This document shows positions 1-14,609 of a DNA stretch of 64,000 nt, in pieces. Position 1 is the stretch's first letter; the number at the start of each line of letters is the position of its first letter. The DNA comes from Antedon mediterranea (Eukaryota; Animalia; Echinodermata), in the NCBI RefSeq assembly GCF_964355755.1, contig NC_092673.1:558001-622000 (forward strand), in the 5' to 3' direction. Under the pieces are notes generated by a model. It ran no database searches. It saw only the letters and a program-made list of their open reading frames with translations, and was not told where the DNA came from. A program made the translations under genes and the position numbers.

Positions 1-1416
1 TGGAGACTCAACTCCGATACGTCATAACAGTACAATCATTTTTACTTTATTATTATTTTTTGTATAAACGTAAAATTGACCTTTAAATAGTTGTTAATAT
101 AGGATAGAATAATAATATTTTTTATATATGAAATGATTAATATTATTGTCTTCGATGGTTTACAAATTCTATATTCGCCATTATAAAGATATGTTTTCTT
201 GAGACCCATTCGAATTCACTTCAAGAAAAGCGCCCATCGGACTCATACTCGGATACATTGTTATAATTATCATAAAGGAAGTTCATTTTACTTCCTCATG
301 GTTATATCAAGTACGTTAGTTTAGTCTGATTTCGAGCGCCTGATTTAAAACGCTAAATAACGCGACAGTTCAGTGGCCGTTCACAATGCTCATCAACGAT
401 TTTCCCGTCATTCTAAATGAGTTTGCGTTACCATCAATTATGATGAAATATTGTTTAAGAGTGGTAACGCTAGATGCGGCGGGAGAAGTTTATTAAAAAT
501 CTCAACGTTCATCGATTAAGCAGCGAATTCAATAGATGAATACACTGCAACCTGGCGCTGGTGTTTACATAGGCGACTCAAAATATTCGCAATATACACG
601 TCCTTTGTGAATAATTCTATCTGATTAGCAGGCACACAGGTGGTAAGAAGTAGCGTCGGTATATCCGGATGTACAACGAAATTACGCTGTTCAGATTACT
701 AACAGAGGCGTTAATATTAACGTATAATCGAAACATGTTCGCGATTGTAACGGTGATGTGAGGTGATAATACCATTTTTCATTACGTTATCGATGTTAAT
801 ACAGTTATACTACACGTTATCGATTAATAATATTATATATTATATAGGTCTACAGTTGGGAAAAAAAACCCCGCCTTATCTGGAATTTATTGTAATTCAT
901 ATTCGTGGATTGTGAAAGAAGAATAATATCGCCTGGGATATGAAATTTGAACGTGTTGTTAATATTAGGAAGAGCGTTAAGTAGCCGGGTGGTGAGCTGG
1001 TTGGCGTTTTGTACGAGCCAGGTGTGAGGTTAATTTGAGCGGGCTGAATAAATAAAAGCGGCTGGGAGAAGCGTAGCTGTGAAACACGATCGACAAGGCA
1101 ACAGTTATCATGCATATACCGATTTTAATTTGAAATTGTAATTTGTGTGCGCTGCTAAGCCTTCGATAACAATCGTTTAATCAACTAGAGAGAAACAGAT
1201 CTTCGCATGCCGTTTGTATTCATCGTCTATGCATGCAATTCAATCGAGCTTGACTATTGAACATCTGGGCGCATTCAAAGACAATATCGCTCAAGCGTAG
1301 CAACTTAACCACAAACACTTTACACTCAACAGAATAATACGAATTCTCTCCTTGACTCTGTAGAACAAAGCGCTATTTTGATTTCTCGTTCGATATAAAT
1401 ACCCCTTGTACCACCC

Positions 1417-4400
1417 ATGAACGGAACAGAGACAGAGTCAACCCGTGATCATGTGGCAAGCGATGAGTGGGTTGAAACGGGATGGGAAAATTCACCGGAC
1501 GAGATGAATTTGCCTAGGCCGATGAAATCTGGATCAAGCAGGAAAAATAAACGGAAGCAGAGAGAGCCTAAACGAATTAACACCTCGGATTCCGACAAGC
1601 CAGTCATAGAAGATACAGCAGACCATATCGTGTCACAAGGACCATGCTCCGCCGACGAAGCAGACTCTGACAATGAACTTAGTTTAAATACTTCGATGGC
1701 TTCTTCTATCGAGACGCATACACCGATACAGGGGAACCCTTTTCCCAGCCCGAGTCCAAGTCCAACTGAACTACAACAACATTCTCCTATTGATTACTCG
1801 TTTAGTGCTGGAGAAGATACACCCGTAAAGACACCCAGGAAAAAACACACTCGTTCTTATAAAAATTTAAGTCGTTCGAGACGAATCGTCGCCAACGCAC
1901 GTGAACGAAACCGTGTACACACGATCAGTGCGGCGTTCGAAGGACTGCGCAGAGCCGTACCGTCGTATTCTCATAACCAAAAACTGTCGAAATTGGCCAT
2001 ATTAAAAATAGCATGTTGCTATATTTTAGCACTTTCTCGTCTAGCAGATGTTGATTGTGCTACTACTACGGACTCTAACGATGACATAAGTTTTGAGGAG
2101 TGTGTTGAACTTTGTACGAAAACATTACAGGCCGAAGGCAGATCTAAACGAAGAAAGGTAAGTTATAGTCACAATTATTGGTAGTAGGCCTACCACGAAA
2201 AAAAACTCCTCTTTTTGTGCTTCTTCGTGTTGTACTGAGCAGTGAGAAAGAACATAAAAAGTGTGCGTAAATAAGGACATATACATAATGCTCCAGTTGT
2301 CACATGTTTAGTTTAGTAAATATATCGTCCAGTTTGCCAAAATATTAAATTGATAATTTACTGAAACGAATTAGGGATATCGGACTTAATGATGGTAACA
2401 AAAACACCTTCGTGAAATTCTAAAAAAACCGTTCCCAGTAATAAAAAAAACAAAACCCACATATTTTAACGGTAGACCTATTTAGTTTACTAACGGTTCT
2501 GTCGAAATTTCAATTCGTAGTAATGAAAAAAATTTGCCTAAATTATGTTAAATAGGTTTAACCAGTATTTTGCTTGTTACTAAACTCATTCCACTGGATT
2601 TGTGTGTCCTATATTATTGCTTTGCAAAACATTATTTCAAAACCTTTGACGTTTAGTTAGCGCAAAGTTCGATCTAACTATTCAAGTCAGATATCTGTCG
2701 ATCGGATCGATCTTTACATCAGTAAATCATGAATATTAATAATGGAAATTTAATGAGTGTCTATTGATAATTACAACATTTGATGCTTTAGAAAATAAAC
2801 GTATTGTTTATCAAGTATAGGCCTAAGAAAATTTTGAATTTGATTAATATCCTTATATAGCGTAATGCGTGATATAAGCCCAGGCCTCATGGAGTGTACA
2901 GTAGTACGACGTATTATGGTCAGAACCAGTAATCGGTGGTTGCCTCAATAATGTCCATTTCTCAATAGATTTTTTAAAAGTACCGCCTTTATTCATTCAA
3001 TGTTACATAAAGAACAATTACAGAATCTCGATATATATTATTTTCTGCATATTTTTTGTTATGTTATCTATTACAAAATATATTGCATGTTTAATAAAAA
3101 AAAGTTGTTTAGTTATGAAACGTTTGTTAACTTATCATAATAATAATAATCTCAATAGATTATAAAAATTAAGAATTAAAAAATATTTTTTGTAATATTT
3201 CAAACCTTCTTATAAATTATATTCGGATAATTATATTGGTGTTGCTTAGCGTGGTCTTACACTAGAATATTGAATCATATAGATATAGTAGTGAACTCCA
3301 ATATACACGATATGTATCACCTGAACACTTCTATAAATATAGTGCTCGACTAATGCAATAACACTCACTCAATGTGAACTTAGAATTATAATTTTGATAC
3401 ATGGATTTATTAATTTTTTTTTTTATTCGAAATCGACCACACTTACCGGAAACCATGTTCTATTGTTGTTCTTTATACCAACACAAACGACGTTAACAAT
3501 AGAATTCCGCTTTTTGGAGTATTAGGCCTAAACCTATTTATTTGTCCAAACAAAGATAGAAAGGTCACGTTAGGTTTGTTCTACTTTCTCCACTGTGTTT
3601 CATTTAATTTTTTTCCAAAATGTATATTTTTAAAAAGTGTAGAAAAAAAATTTAAAAAAAGAAATAAAACCATGAACAAAATAGAATTATAGTAATATGG
3701 AGTATAGGTCAATACACTTTCATACTTGATAATGGTAACTGAATAAAGTGAGTGAGTAAAGTGTTTCCCCCAAAAAACAGATAATATATAGATTTAGATG
3801 ATTCAGGAACAGTTAAAACATTGAATACAAAGAAATTGAATACAAAATTGTGTGATTTTACTTTTATCTGTATTAGTGTATACAAAACAATTGTTTTATT
3901 AGCATTGTATTTACATACCAGCTGTGCAAAGAGGCGTATTCCTAACAAAACATTTTTATTAATTGATGACCTATTCAAAGTGCAATTCGAAAAAGTAATC
4001 ATGGTTTAAAAAAAAACAAAATTGAATCATGCAAATGTTTTAAACGTGAGTGATATTAGATGTATATTTCCATGCCTCTATACTTATTTAATATTTTATT
4101 ATTATGTCATTATACTTATAATAATTACGAAGAAAGACCGTTAACGTTTAATCTTTTTTCAGCAGAAGTACTAATCTTCTTGAGTGTATATTTACATTCT
4201 ACCACCTGTGTATTCAAACCATTCCCTCATTTGCATATTCATTACTGTATTTAGTACTGTATTAGATATAGTAAATAAATCGATGGTTAATTATTTTAAA
4301 ACATACGAATAAACTTAAATTTCTTAGAAGATGAGTCTGTCTTATATTATAATCGTAATCCTCAGCTGTGTGTCTTATTTAAACCTAACTTAACATTTGT

Positions 4401-7400
4401 CGCTACTGTATGAATATTTAAACTTTGAACCAATTTAATAGATAATGAAATTCAAATAAAGTTTAATATAGAATAATGAGGTTTTTATAATTGAACTGAA
4501 TGACTTAATGATTGTGCGAAATTATAGAACTTTGATCTTTGAAAATTACTTCAATATGCTTAAAACATATCCGTACTTAGGCCTAAAACAAATAGTAATA
4601 TAGCTGTGTTGTATTAAATTAACAAATGATAGTGACTGGACTGGGTACATAAAGCAACATAAAGAGTCAATAAAATTGAATTAAAGGCAATATAATATCA
4701 ATAAATTTAATAATGTACCGTGATAACTTGATTTCAACAATATAATTTTTATACTATATTCATAACTTAACATAAATTATAATACATCTATATTTGAATG
4801 AATTTAAGCCTTCAGACTAACATAATAAATAACTGAATGTCATATGGTGTACTACAGTGATCTGCTGAGTGTGCTAATAATAACCAAATTGAAATGCTGT
4901 ACTGTCTGTATCACGGATGTTCAATCGTTGGCTGCTTCTTACATGATGGGTTAGGCATATCATTAATATTACTACGGAAAATATATTGTGGACTTTTATT
5001 TATTTAAAACATTTTAATTGATTTCTTGATATTTAATTTGTCAATACCCATAAACTAATTAATAATGACAAACCAAATACATTGATAGATCATCATCTTG
5101 TTGTCTTGCTTGAAGTATCGAAATATTGGCCTAGCAAATCAGGGAAATCAAACTATCATTAGCCTATTTTCATAGACAGTCTTTAATATTATTAATTTTT
5201 TTAATTTAGCGATGCTATACCATTATGACGCGCGCGTGTAAAATTCATAATCATCAACATGTATACGCGCACGTTTAATTGACATTGTAATGTATACGCG
5301 CGCGTTAATTGTGTGTTGCCACTATCACAAATGATCAAACCGACACATAACCGTCTGATGCTATAGGCAGAACCAGCATGTTTAGGGTGGTTTGTAATTA
5401 TATGATGCCTCTGAAAATGTTGTCACTTGGCAGTTTGACTTGAGGGCATAGGTATTTTAGAATTTCCCATCATATACCATAACTGCACGGCGAAAACGTG
5501 CGCTTAGGGTGTATTGTGTATTCCAAGAAATATAAGTCCTTTAAGTTCGATAACCGTAGGCCAAAGGTTAAAACGAAAAGTTAAAGAAATGAAGGCGAAA
5601 CGTCCTCTACTCTCCAAAAAAACCTTAATATTCCCGTATCCTAACAAATATATATAAATACGGTAGTTTTAAGATCTAAAATACCTTTTTTTCTTATTAA
5701 ATTAATACAAAAATATATATAATTACAATACAAGATATTTCATAACAATCGTCTTAGAAGAGTAGGCAATTTTCCGTCATTCATAATTCACCTGTGACCA
5801 TTTTAAACGAACAAAATGGACTCCGGTTACTTTTACGTTGCCTTTATCCAAACGTAATGCGTTTACACGCTCAACGTCATAAACGCGTCAAGCGTAATGA
5901 ACATACGCGTACAATACTCAACGCTTGATGTCGCATACAAACCGAATGAGTTAGGCATACAAGCCCTTGATTTTCGCGTCGAAGAAATAGTTGTCTTTGA
6001 TCTGCGAACAACCCAATCCTTGTGGTAGAAGTGTCTTAAGCACGTACGCACTGTCACCTAAGCCTTCCCCTGACAATCACGAAACCTATCAACACCACTT
6101 CCCCCTCCCTGCCTTGCATTCGTTTCGATAGCTTTCGAAAACTCCTCTGGGCGTGTTTGACAGCTTCGCGCCCCGTCCATAATTGTGGATATACAACAGG
6201 GCTTGAGTCATTCGGAAGTACTTCGCACGTCTGCTGGCTCGGTTAATTCCAGAACTGTCAAACATCGAAAAACCTATATCAAGTGCTGTTAATAACTACT
6301 ACATTGATATTAAACAGCAATAAACCCGGTGGGTTAATTACACGACCATTATATTGCACACATAGAATCTGGCACGTTTTTAATTTGCATAATTCTTATT
6401 TCCGTTCAGGGCAAAAGATCGTGTCTTCGGTGTTTTTAAGTAGTGAAACACAACCGGCCGCGGGGATTTGGCGCAAATAAATATTGGGTTTGAAACGGGC
6501 TTGTAATTACAGAAATACATACTACAGTGTACCGTATATCTTTTGAGGTGCGAATGTGCGTATTTTGGCGATAATGTAATTAGTATACATCTGCATATCT
6601 AGACTTAAGTACGCCTATGTTGTTAGCATCAGTGTACGTGCTGCCTCGATATCAATCTTTAACCCTTTGATGTGTTTTTATTTTCTGTCGGATTTTTATT
6701 AAGAGTCGCTACGTCACACAAATCCTTACAACAACCCAATCGGCACTACGATATGCGTCATTGGTTTTACGCTTGCGCAAAGTTCTTACGTATAATATAT
6801 TGCGTCCTGTTCGTTATCATTGACCCAAAAAGTAATTATTGAGAGGAGAATAGTGTGGTGTGAAAATACCGTCATAATTTGTCTCTGAATTCTATTATGG
6901 ATGAATGAACCGCTGCATATGAAAGTGTAGATCATGTTTTTCAATATTTCATCTGTTGCCTGAAAATGATGTGAGCGACACGGCAAAAATATAATCTGCG
7001 CGAGGTTCAATTGTGATGATTCACGGTGAATTGGGTTTTCTTGATTGATGGGTACGGAGAAGGTCTGTAAACAGTTGCGTGAAGGGGTACCCACCCCCGT
7101 CATACCATGGTAGTTAGTTCAAGGGGAACGATCAAGGCGAACAATCAAGGCGAACATTCTGACATTGATTGACATTTTGCCATTATTTTACAGTTCTGTT
7201 CTTGTAACGTTTCCTCTAAAATTTCCATCAGGGACGAGTGAAAGTATTGTAAATCGCCTCTTATAAACCTTACTGGTAACAAATGAGTGAGGTGTACGAA
7301 CTAAATAATGTAGGCCTATGACTCTGTATAATTCAATAGAAACGCGTGTAATTCCATAGTTAATATTTGCGTGTCACTTTGACTGAACATTCACTTTTTA

Positions 7401-9710
7401 ATGCATAAGTTATGACTAAAATGGACTTGATCATACTCCCACCTGCTGTCCCGTGCTTTAGGCTGTGATAGTGTTCGGTAAGAGGAAGATATGATATTAT
7501 TAGTCTGCGATCCTTCGGGGCTTTATCTGACATGAGTAGGTCACACTACTGTTTTTGTGTGTTATATGGTTCTTTATTCCGTCGGTTTGGATGTTAGTCC
7601 AATTTGACTGCTAACATTCCAATTTAGTTGCGACCACTTCTTTGATAGTGTGTCTTTTATTTTGTACATTATTTTCAAAACGTATCTGTAAAACGGACTT
7701 GTGTTTAACAAGTTACATTACATGGTTTTTCTAGCCGCACACAATTAGGGTAATAAAATATGCAGTTGAAATTGGTGCTGAGGGGATCGTAAACATATTG
7801 TAGTTATATTGCTACATGTTGTTTTTGAGTTTGGCAGACGTGATAGCCCCCCTGGAGGGTATATGCGCACCAGATGGTGTCTCAAACAATCAACATCTGT
7901 AGTGTGTAGTTTAATTTATTTTTACTGACTACATTTACTCATATTTCACAATTATGGAAATTGAAGTATTTATGGCTTGTTAATATTTCACACCAAGCGG
8001 CTCTACGTACATCTGGGTACGTAACCCGACATTGGTTCTCCCTCAATCACGTGACACGTACGATATAAATAAGAATGATTGCGAGAATCTACGCTTTTTT
8101 TTTATAAAGTATATTAATGTGTAATGATGGATGTCTAGGCGTACGTGCGTTGAAAGTGATCGAACCCAATACCGTAATGTAGCATCTCACCTATCAACAT
8201 TTAAATTACAATGTAATTAAATTACATATAATTAGTGAAACTAATTAATATGGTAATTATAATACAATGATTATATAATATTATGATGTTATTGTTATTG
8301 TTATTGTTATTGTTGGTCTGATGAACTTAAAGGACCGTTTTGGTTTCTAAGATAGAATTCGTGAATAAACCAGTAGAATACTGTACTATCTATATACTAT
8401 AACCAGATGCAAATGTTTTCATGTTTTGGTTAGATTATCGGTGCCGTACCATACTGAAACTAATTAATATGGTAATTAATACAATGATTATTAATCATTA
8501 ATTAATCTACTTTCTCTGGCCGTAACGAGGTCCCATTTACGTTTTCCGACGATCTTCTTTAATTTCATATCACAATCTTTTGAATTTCAGCCATCATTCA
8601 TACTATTACTAATGAACTAATTCTTTCTATCTTGAAATTATATTTGATACAATATGATGCGCACACCTGTTTTGGCGCCATGATTGTTACAGCTATTGTC
8701 TGTCGGCGAAAATAAAGAAGAAAATGTCCTTAGCATGCGAAGTATAAAGAGTCGTCTTATAATAACGTATTTGTCGCGTGTTATAGATAATCATTGATAT
8801 TACACACATCAAAATTCGTCGCATACAATTTGAATCTATTGCCTTACAAAGGTGTACCATTAGTTGCCATTGGTTACAGAAAAATATCCAGATGTTCCAA
8901 GTAATTTCGTCACGCTTTGTGATCACATACGTTTACGTCATGCTCTGTTTGGAATCATTCAAGCTTGACGATATTAAGTTCTTTTTTTTTGTCGAGAATG
9001 ATTCGGCCATCTTAATGTTTGATTTGCCAATAATATCATGAATATATTCACTGATTGATAATTCGGTAAATTGTAATAATATTTCTTCATAAAATCACTC
9101 GAAAATATGCGATAATTTTGTATCATAATTAATTAAACTGTAGGCTTAATCTTCAAATTTTACTCGATAAATGCACCAGTTTCTTGAATTGCTTTACTAT
9201 CGCTAATTAATCAGCCTGGCCATTCAATTAAATACAATTATTAACCAAAGTTGCTCTGAATACAATGAAGCACATAGCCAGCTGCATCAAGCCACAATGC
9301 ATGAATTAAGTACCGTGATTGCCTCCTCCTCTTTGTTCGCAGTTAAATTATAATTTTCAGTAACGAATTAGCAAAGGTACGTTTCTGCTGATTTCGCCCT
9401 CTATCGATCACTCTTACATGTTAACTTTTTTAAGTAAATGAATTTGTTATAAATTCTGGTCTAGTTCGTAATTTTTTTGTGTAAAATAAAATTACAGACT
9501 TAACCAATTTTTACGGAATTTAATCATTACATTTAGTCAGAGAGAATTCGTTCCATATTTAGTAATATTCGTGAAATCGTACTGTTTTGAATAAATATTT
9601 TTATCATTATAGGCCTACTGCTTGTATATTCGTTTTCTTATCTCCATTATTGTACATTTATTTCTATATCACCGTATTGATTTTTTTTTTTTTTGCAGAC
9701 GGATCTGTGA
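1417..9710 (+). CDS. ATOH8: Atonal homolog 8 / net bHLH transcription factor, 2 coding exons (1417-2157; predicted 9699-9710)
   Basis: bHLH RRIVANARERNRVHTISAAFEGLRRAVPSYSHNQKLSKLAILKIACCYILALSRLA plus the ATOH8-type tail SFEECVELCTKTLQAEGRSKRRK. Strong donor AAG|GTAAGT at 2158. A long poly-T-GCAG acceptor ends at 9698 and is followed by ACG GAT CTG TGA (TDL*). The last exon is inferred; the unspliced ORF ends at 2184. Confidence 0.9.
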
Positions 9711-11844
9711 TGGTTAATAGAGGGCGGTATGCAAGATTAGTGTCATGAAGTACATGAAGCGAAGGGTCGTCGACTTGGTCTCTCAAATTCCGTCCCTATA
9801 CTTGAAGTGCTAATTGTAACATTTGTTGTAAATTATATCGTTTTATTACAGTATTGAATATGTACAGTATATTTAATGTCTGCAAACTTAGTTAATTTAT
9901 TATCAAAGTCTTTAGTTATATTTTATTTATTTATATCATCAAAATTACATCATATTATAGTACACTATTTATCTTCCCTCCATGACTTTTTAAAATTAAT
10001 ATTTGATTTAATAGTATATCGTAATTGGTATTTTTTAAAGAATCCATCATATGTTATTAGCCAAGCCCGTTGCGTACGTGTGATGTCATGTATAACACAC
10101 CAGAACCGCAACATTTGACGCGCGTGTCTAAATGCTGATGATAATGGTCAATTTTGGGTACGCGCGCGTCAATTGTTTCTCTGCATGGTGGTTTTATGGC
10201 TCTCCATTATGCTTTTTTCAAACTATGTTTTCAATATCCGTCCCACTAAATTTTGGTCGTCGTTGAACGTCTGAAGAACGTGGCCCTTCTTTTACTCGTC
10301 CTTACTATTAATTGTCATCAAAGGTTTTAGAATTCTTTGGAAAATGATGATTATTTAGTTTTATTTCCGTCCTATATCTTCTACAATGGTGACTTCCGTC
10401 CTACTGCGCATGACATGCAGCAAATTTACATATTTCAAAAGATCTCTCCCTTTTGCTTACCACGTTGTCCTCGGGTTTAAAATCCCTTAATTATTTGCAA
10501 ACCACATATATATCTTGCTCTATATTCTTACATTATCGTATTTTTAAAAAAATTGTGGACCTACGATTGTTTTTCCACTCAAATTAAATGTTTCTACACT
10601 GATCCTATTAGTTATTTTAGGTTTAATGCAATATGTACCTTAATGAAATCAGCGTAATCAACACTTAAGTTTATACTTTGTGCAAATAATAGATTTAGTT
10701 AAAATTGTTGTGTAAATGTCTAAAATTCATAATAGATTATCTAATTATATGTGTAGGCTTAGTACTACTGAGTAGTAGACTGAGTATGCTAGTAAATTAA
10801 AGGTGCGCCCCTTACGTCGTCGTTAAGGTAATTGCACTGGTATCAGATTTGATCTATTGAAAAAGATATTGCATAACATTCACATCGATTTTTTTTATAC
10901 ATTATTGCTTAGTACAAATTTCTGATTACGTCAGGATTTTTACTGATGTTCGTTGTTCACAACTCATTTAGTTAGAACGTTGTTCCAAAACGTTCAAAAC
11001 GGTTGTATTACTCTGGCCTTTACTAATTAGTAAGAATAGGCTGTAGATCCTACTTTTTATTCCTTTGATTCGTTGCAAATTCTCGCTACTGTTAGTATGT
11101 TCATGGTCAGTAGTTGAATTATAATATTAATTTGATGATTGTATAATGACTAAAGTTAATTATTGATATACCGCCCTCTAAAAACTGATGTCATTGAACT
11201 TTTACACGTATTTTGTAAATCTTGTTACTAGTCATCATTGATTGTAATTTTATATAATTGGACTCGTACAGGGTTTTGTCTTTACTGTAATGATCGGGTG
11301 CTTATCGACCCGTGAGCCCTTGAGGACTAATAACTACTTAACAAATTCTGCAATATTAAGATTTTTACAACGTAATTTATTCAAGTTTTAAATTCTTATG
11401 CTTTTACGTAACGTAATTCAGTTCAACTCGATGTAATTGCACTGCTTAAATTATTAGTGCATCGATGCTAGAATAAAAGAACATCTGAAATATAATGGCT
11501 ATGTATCGTTATTCATGCAGCAACACTTCACTATTTGACGTCGAGTAACCGAAAAGATTTTTTATATCTAGTTAATGTTAATATTTTTTGAACGACAGGT
11601 TTGCGACATAACGCTGGATTCTAACTAGACGTACGGAATTGAATGGCGCGCACACACTAAACGCAAGCAATGTGGTTCCCAAGTAATGTTGACCAATCAT
11701 AATGCGATGGGTCGTCCGAACTGTCTCGTTTGCGCTTTGCGCACGTCGTTGCGTTGGTTGCACTAAGACGCAGCGCACTGACGTAAACGTAACGCAAGCT
11801 AGTTGACCAATGACAAACGCAGTTCGAATAATTCATCGCTTGTG

Positions 11845-12076
11845 AAGCTTGGTTCCCACTAGAACGTAACGCAAGGACGTAAATGCAACGCAAGCGTTTT
11901 AACCAATGACAAGCGAAGTTATAGACAGTTAGCAATCACAAGCGAATAAGCCATCGCTTGTGATTGGTCAATTCACTTGCGTTGCGTTACGTCCTTGTGT
12001 TGCGTCGCTAGTGGGAACCACGCTTAAAAGACCAAATTACGTCTTTGCGTTGCGTCCTAGTGGGAACCAAGCTTAA
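11845..12076. mobile_element. Palindromic MITE cluster (Harbinger-like family A); related fragments at ~11640-11840, 17440-17500 and 25530-25720
   Basis: Inverted termini AAGCTTGGTTCCCACTAG...CTAGTGGGAACCAAGCTT(AA), with internal inverted CGCAAGGACGTAA/TTACGTCCTTG and TGACCAAT motifs that recur at the other sites. Confidence 0.65.
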
Positions 12077-12447
12077 GCTGGTTAATTCCTGCGTTTATTT
12101 TTACTGTTACCATATCCATACATTTTAAATTCAAAACATTGTCAACCGGAATTGATTTTCTATATAATTCGCTACTTTCATCAATGTATTCAGTAGTTAA
12201 AGCCTGTTACACAAAACATACAAGGACACACGTAATTAATGTAATTAATAAACAATAGGTCACAGGCCGAATATTTTAGGATTCTTCATTAGGACAACGG
12301 AAATATGTTTACTCGCCTAATTAGAACTATTGTATATAATTATCGTACTAGAGATCTTTTATGTAATATTACTAACATTATTTTGATTATGCCATGTGTT
12401 GCAGTATTATGAGCAACATAATAAACTGAATGAACTTATGAACAAAA

Positions 12448-12790
12448 GAACGAATGAACGAATGAATGAACGAACGAACGAAACGACGAATGAATGAACG
12501 AACAAACGAATGAACGAACGAACGAAACGACGAATGAATGAATGAACGAACGAACGAACGAACGATCTAACGAACGAACGAACGACGAATGAATGAATGA
12601 ACGAACGATCTAACGAATGAACGAACGAAAGACGAATGAACGAACGAACGAACGACGAATAAACAAACAAACGAACGACGAATAAACGAACAAACGAACG
12701 ACGAATGAACGAACGAACGAACGACGAATGAACGAACGAACGAACGAACGAACGATCTAACGAACGAACGAATGAATGAACGAACGAATG
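12448..12790. repeat. Compound (GAAC)n/(GAAT)n tetranucleotide microsatellite
   Basis: About 340 bp of GAAC/GAAT units with interruptions; explains the spurious ORF 12407..12799. Confidence 0.97.
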
Positions 12791-13327
12791 ATGAATCAAT
12801 AGTAAAAGTAAAGCCAGGTTTTCAAAGTTTTAATTTTATTTTTTCACCGTACTTATGAAATTAGACACAATACTTTATGAAAAATAATAATAATATGCAC
12901 TTTTAACACAAATATCATAAGTAGATTACCTTCCACTACAAACATATAGTGTCACAAAACAATCTAATTGCACGGCCTTGCGACCTGGTAAATGTGAACT
13001 GAATATCAATAGAACGTTAATAATAATTGTTACAATTCGTACACCTGAAAATAATATGAATATTTATAGAAAACGGAACTATAATGCGGATGAGGTGCGA
13101 GAGCCCGCAGTGAGTTATATAAATAGACGGTCGTGTAAACACGGTTTATTAAAACAATTTTGTCATTTGTGGTTGGTGGTCGTGGTGGTACAATGACTGA
13201 ATTATTAAAATTTGTGACAAAATTGTGAATTAATGTCTTTAAAGTTGCTTAAACTTGCTGTCGTTACTATATAAGACTTTCTAACAGCAAAATAGCATTT
13301 AAAAAATGGACGAAATAATTCTGTAAT

Positions 13328-14602
13328 TCAAAATCGAGCCAGCCGGCCTTGTTTTGTAGATTGCCTGCACCGTTTACAACGACCAAATAGAATTTTTGCA
13401 AATGCTTGTCTAAAATCGCGATTAAAAATGGTATAGATAATTGGGTTGAGCATACTGTTGATGTAACCCACCCACGTGATGAATTGAACTAACTGTGGGC
13501 TAACTGAACAAGATGAACAAAAAGGCAGGATGACGTACATAAGAAAAAAAGGAAACCAACAGATACTGAAACATCCTACGATAATACCAAGTGTTCGAGC
13601 CGCTTTTCTTTCTTTCTTCAAGTTAATCTTTTGCTGTTGTTGTTTATGTTGGTCGATCAAACTCCACACTTCTCCTACTCGAACGACTCCTTGTTGTATC
13701 TGACTTGATGTTTTTTCGTTTTCATCCACCGCTACGTATAAAGGCTCTAACGATCGACGCTCACGAGATTTCGAAAAACTGGTGTTTTTTGAAGATTGAA
13801 AGTTTGCTCGCTTTACTGAAGCTTTCTTGATTGGACTATAACTTTGAAGATCTGTTAATTCCATTTCACTTTGTTCAGAAAAGTGTGTTTCACACTCCTC
13901 CTTTTTACGAATAGAATTCTTCTTAATTGTATTTGTCTTCAATCTTAAACTTATCCGCGCGGCCCAGTATATTCGTAAATAAACTATGCTCATTAGTAAA
14001 AACGGTAAAAAGAAAGAACTCAACGACGACAGAATTATGTATATTTTTTCATCTGACAGATTGCACTGTGCGTCTTCTATGTTATCGTATGAATAGCGTT
14101 CGTGGTCATCTAACCAAAATAACGGCGGCACAGAGACTAGGATACTCACTATCCAAACTACCGCTATCGCGGTCAGTACGCGGCAACGCGTTCGTTTTGC
14201 GGCGTAATTGATGGAATCAGTAATCGCCCAATATCGATCTAAAGCTATTGCACAAAGGTTTAAAATAGACGCTGTACATAAACATACATCTAACGTACGC
14301 CATAGGTCACATACTGTAAAACTCATCGGCCAATATCCTATTAAGTAATAATACACACTTATCGGAAGAACAAAAACAGCAACCGTCAAATCGGCAGCGG
14401 CAAGCGAAACGATAAAATAGTTTTGAACAGTTTGTAATGCTCGTTGCGTAACAATGGACACAATAACAAGAATGTTACCGATAATTGTTGTAATGATAAT
14501 AATAGATAACGTGAGAGTGATCAGTCCGATCTTGTAACTGTCCCACGTCCATCTCTCGTCCGGCTCTGTAGTCGTAGCTGTAAAATTGAAGAATTCCGTC
14601 AT
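13328..14602 (-). CDS. Biogenic amine GPCR, tyramine receptor type 1 (Oct/Tyr)-like, intronless CDS
   Basis: 7TM class A. TM3 DVCLCTASILNLCAIALDRYWAITDSINYAAKRT, TM5 SSLSSFFLP, ICL3/TM6 KINLKKERKAARTLGIIVGCFSICWFPFFLMYVILPFC, TM7 WVGYINSMLNPIIYTIFN. The first ATG is at 14602; the ORF track start at 14623 is TTG. Confidence 0.88.
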   Translation of the reverse strand: MTEFFNFTATTTEPDERWTWDSYKIGLITLTLSIIIITTIIGNILVIVSIVTQRALQTVQNYFIVSLAAADLTVAVFVLPISVYYYLIGYWPMSFTVCDLWRTLDVCLCTASILNLCAIALDRYWAITDSINYAAKRTRCRVLTAIAVVWIVSILVSVPPLFWLDDHERYSYDNIEDAQCNLSDEKIYIILSSLSSFFLPFLLMSIVYLRIYWAARISLRLKTNTIKKNSIRKKEECETHFSEQSEMELTDLQSYSPIKKASVKRANFQSSKNTSFSKSRERRSLEPLYVAVDENEKTSSQIQQGVVRVGEVWSLIDQHKQQQQKINLKKERKAARTLGIIVGCFSICWFPFFLMYVILPFCSSCSVSPQLVQFITWVGYINSMLNPIIYTIFNRDFRQAFAKILFGRCKRCRQSTKQGRLARF

Positions 14603-14609
14603 CCTGTAA

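Noticed and set aside
8236-8492. ~38-bp direct repeat (TGAAACTAATTAATATGGTAATTA...) 220 bp apart
   Set aside because: Too short and AT-rich to call an LTR or element; probably a local duplication
3709-10118. Numerous 60-105 aa ORFs in and after the ATOH8 intron
   Set aside because: AT-rich random-like composition, often non-ATG starts, no motifs
12407-12799. 130-aa ORF
   Set aside because: Translation of the GAAC/GAAT microsatellite
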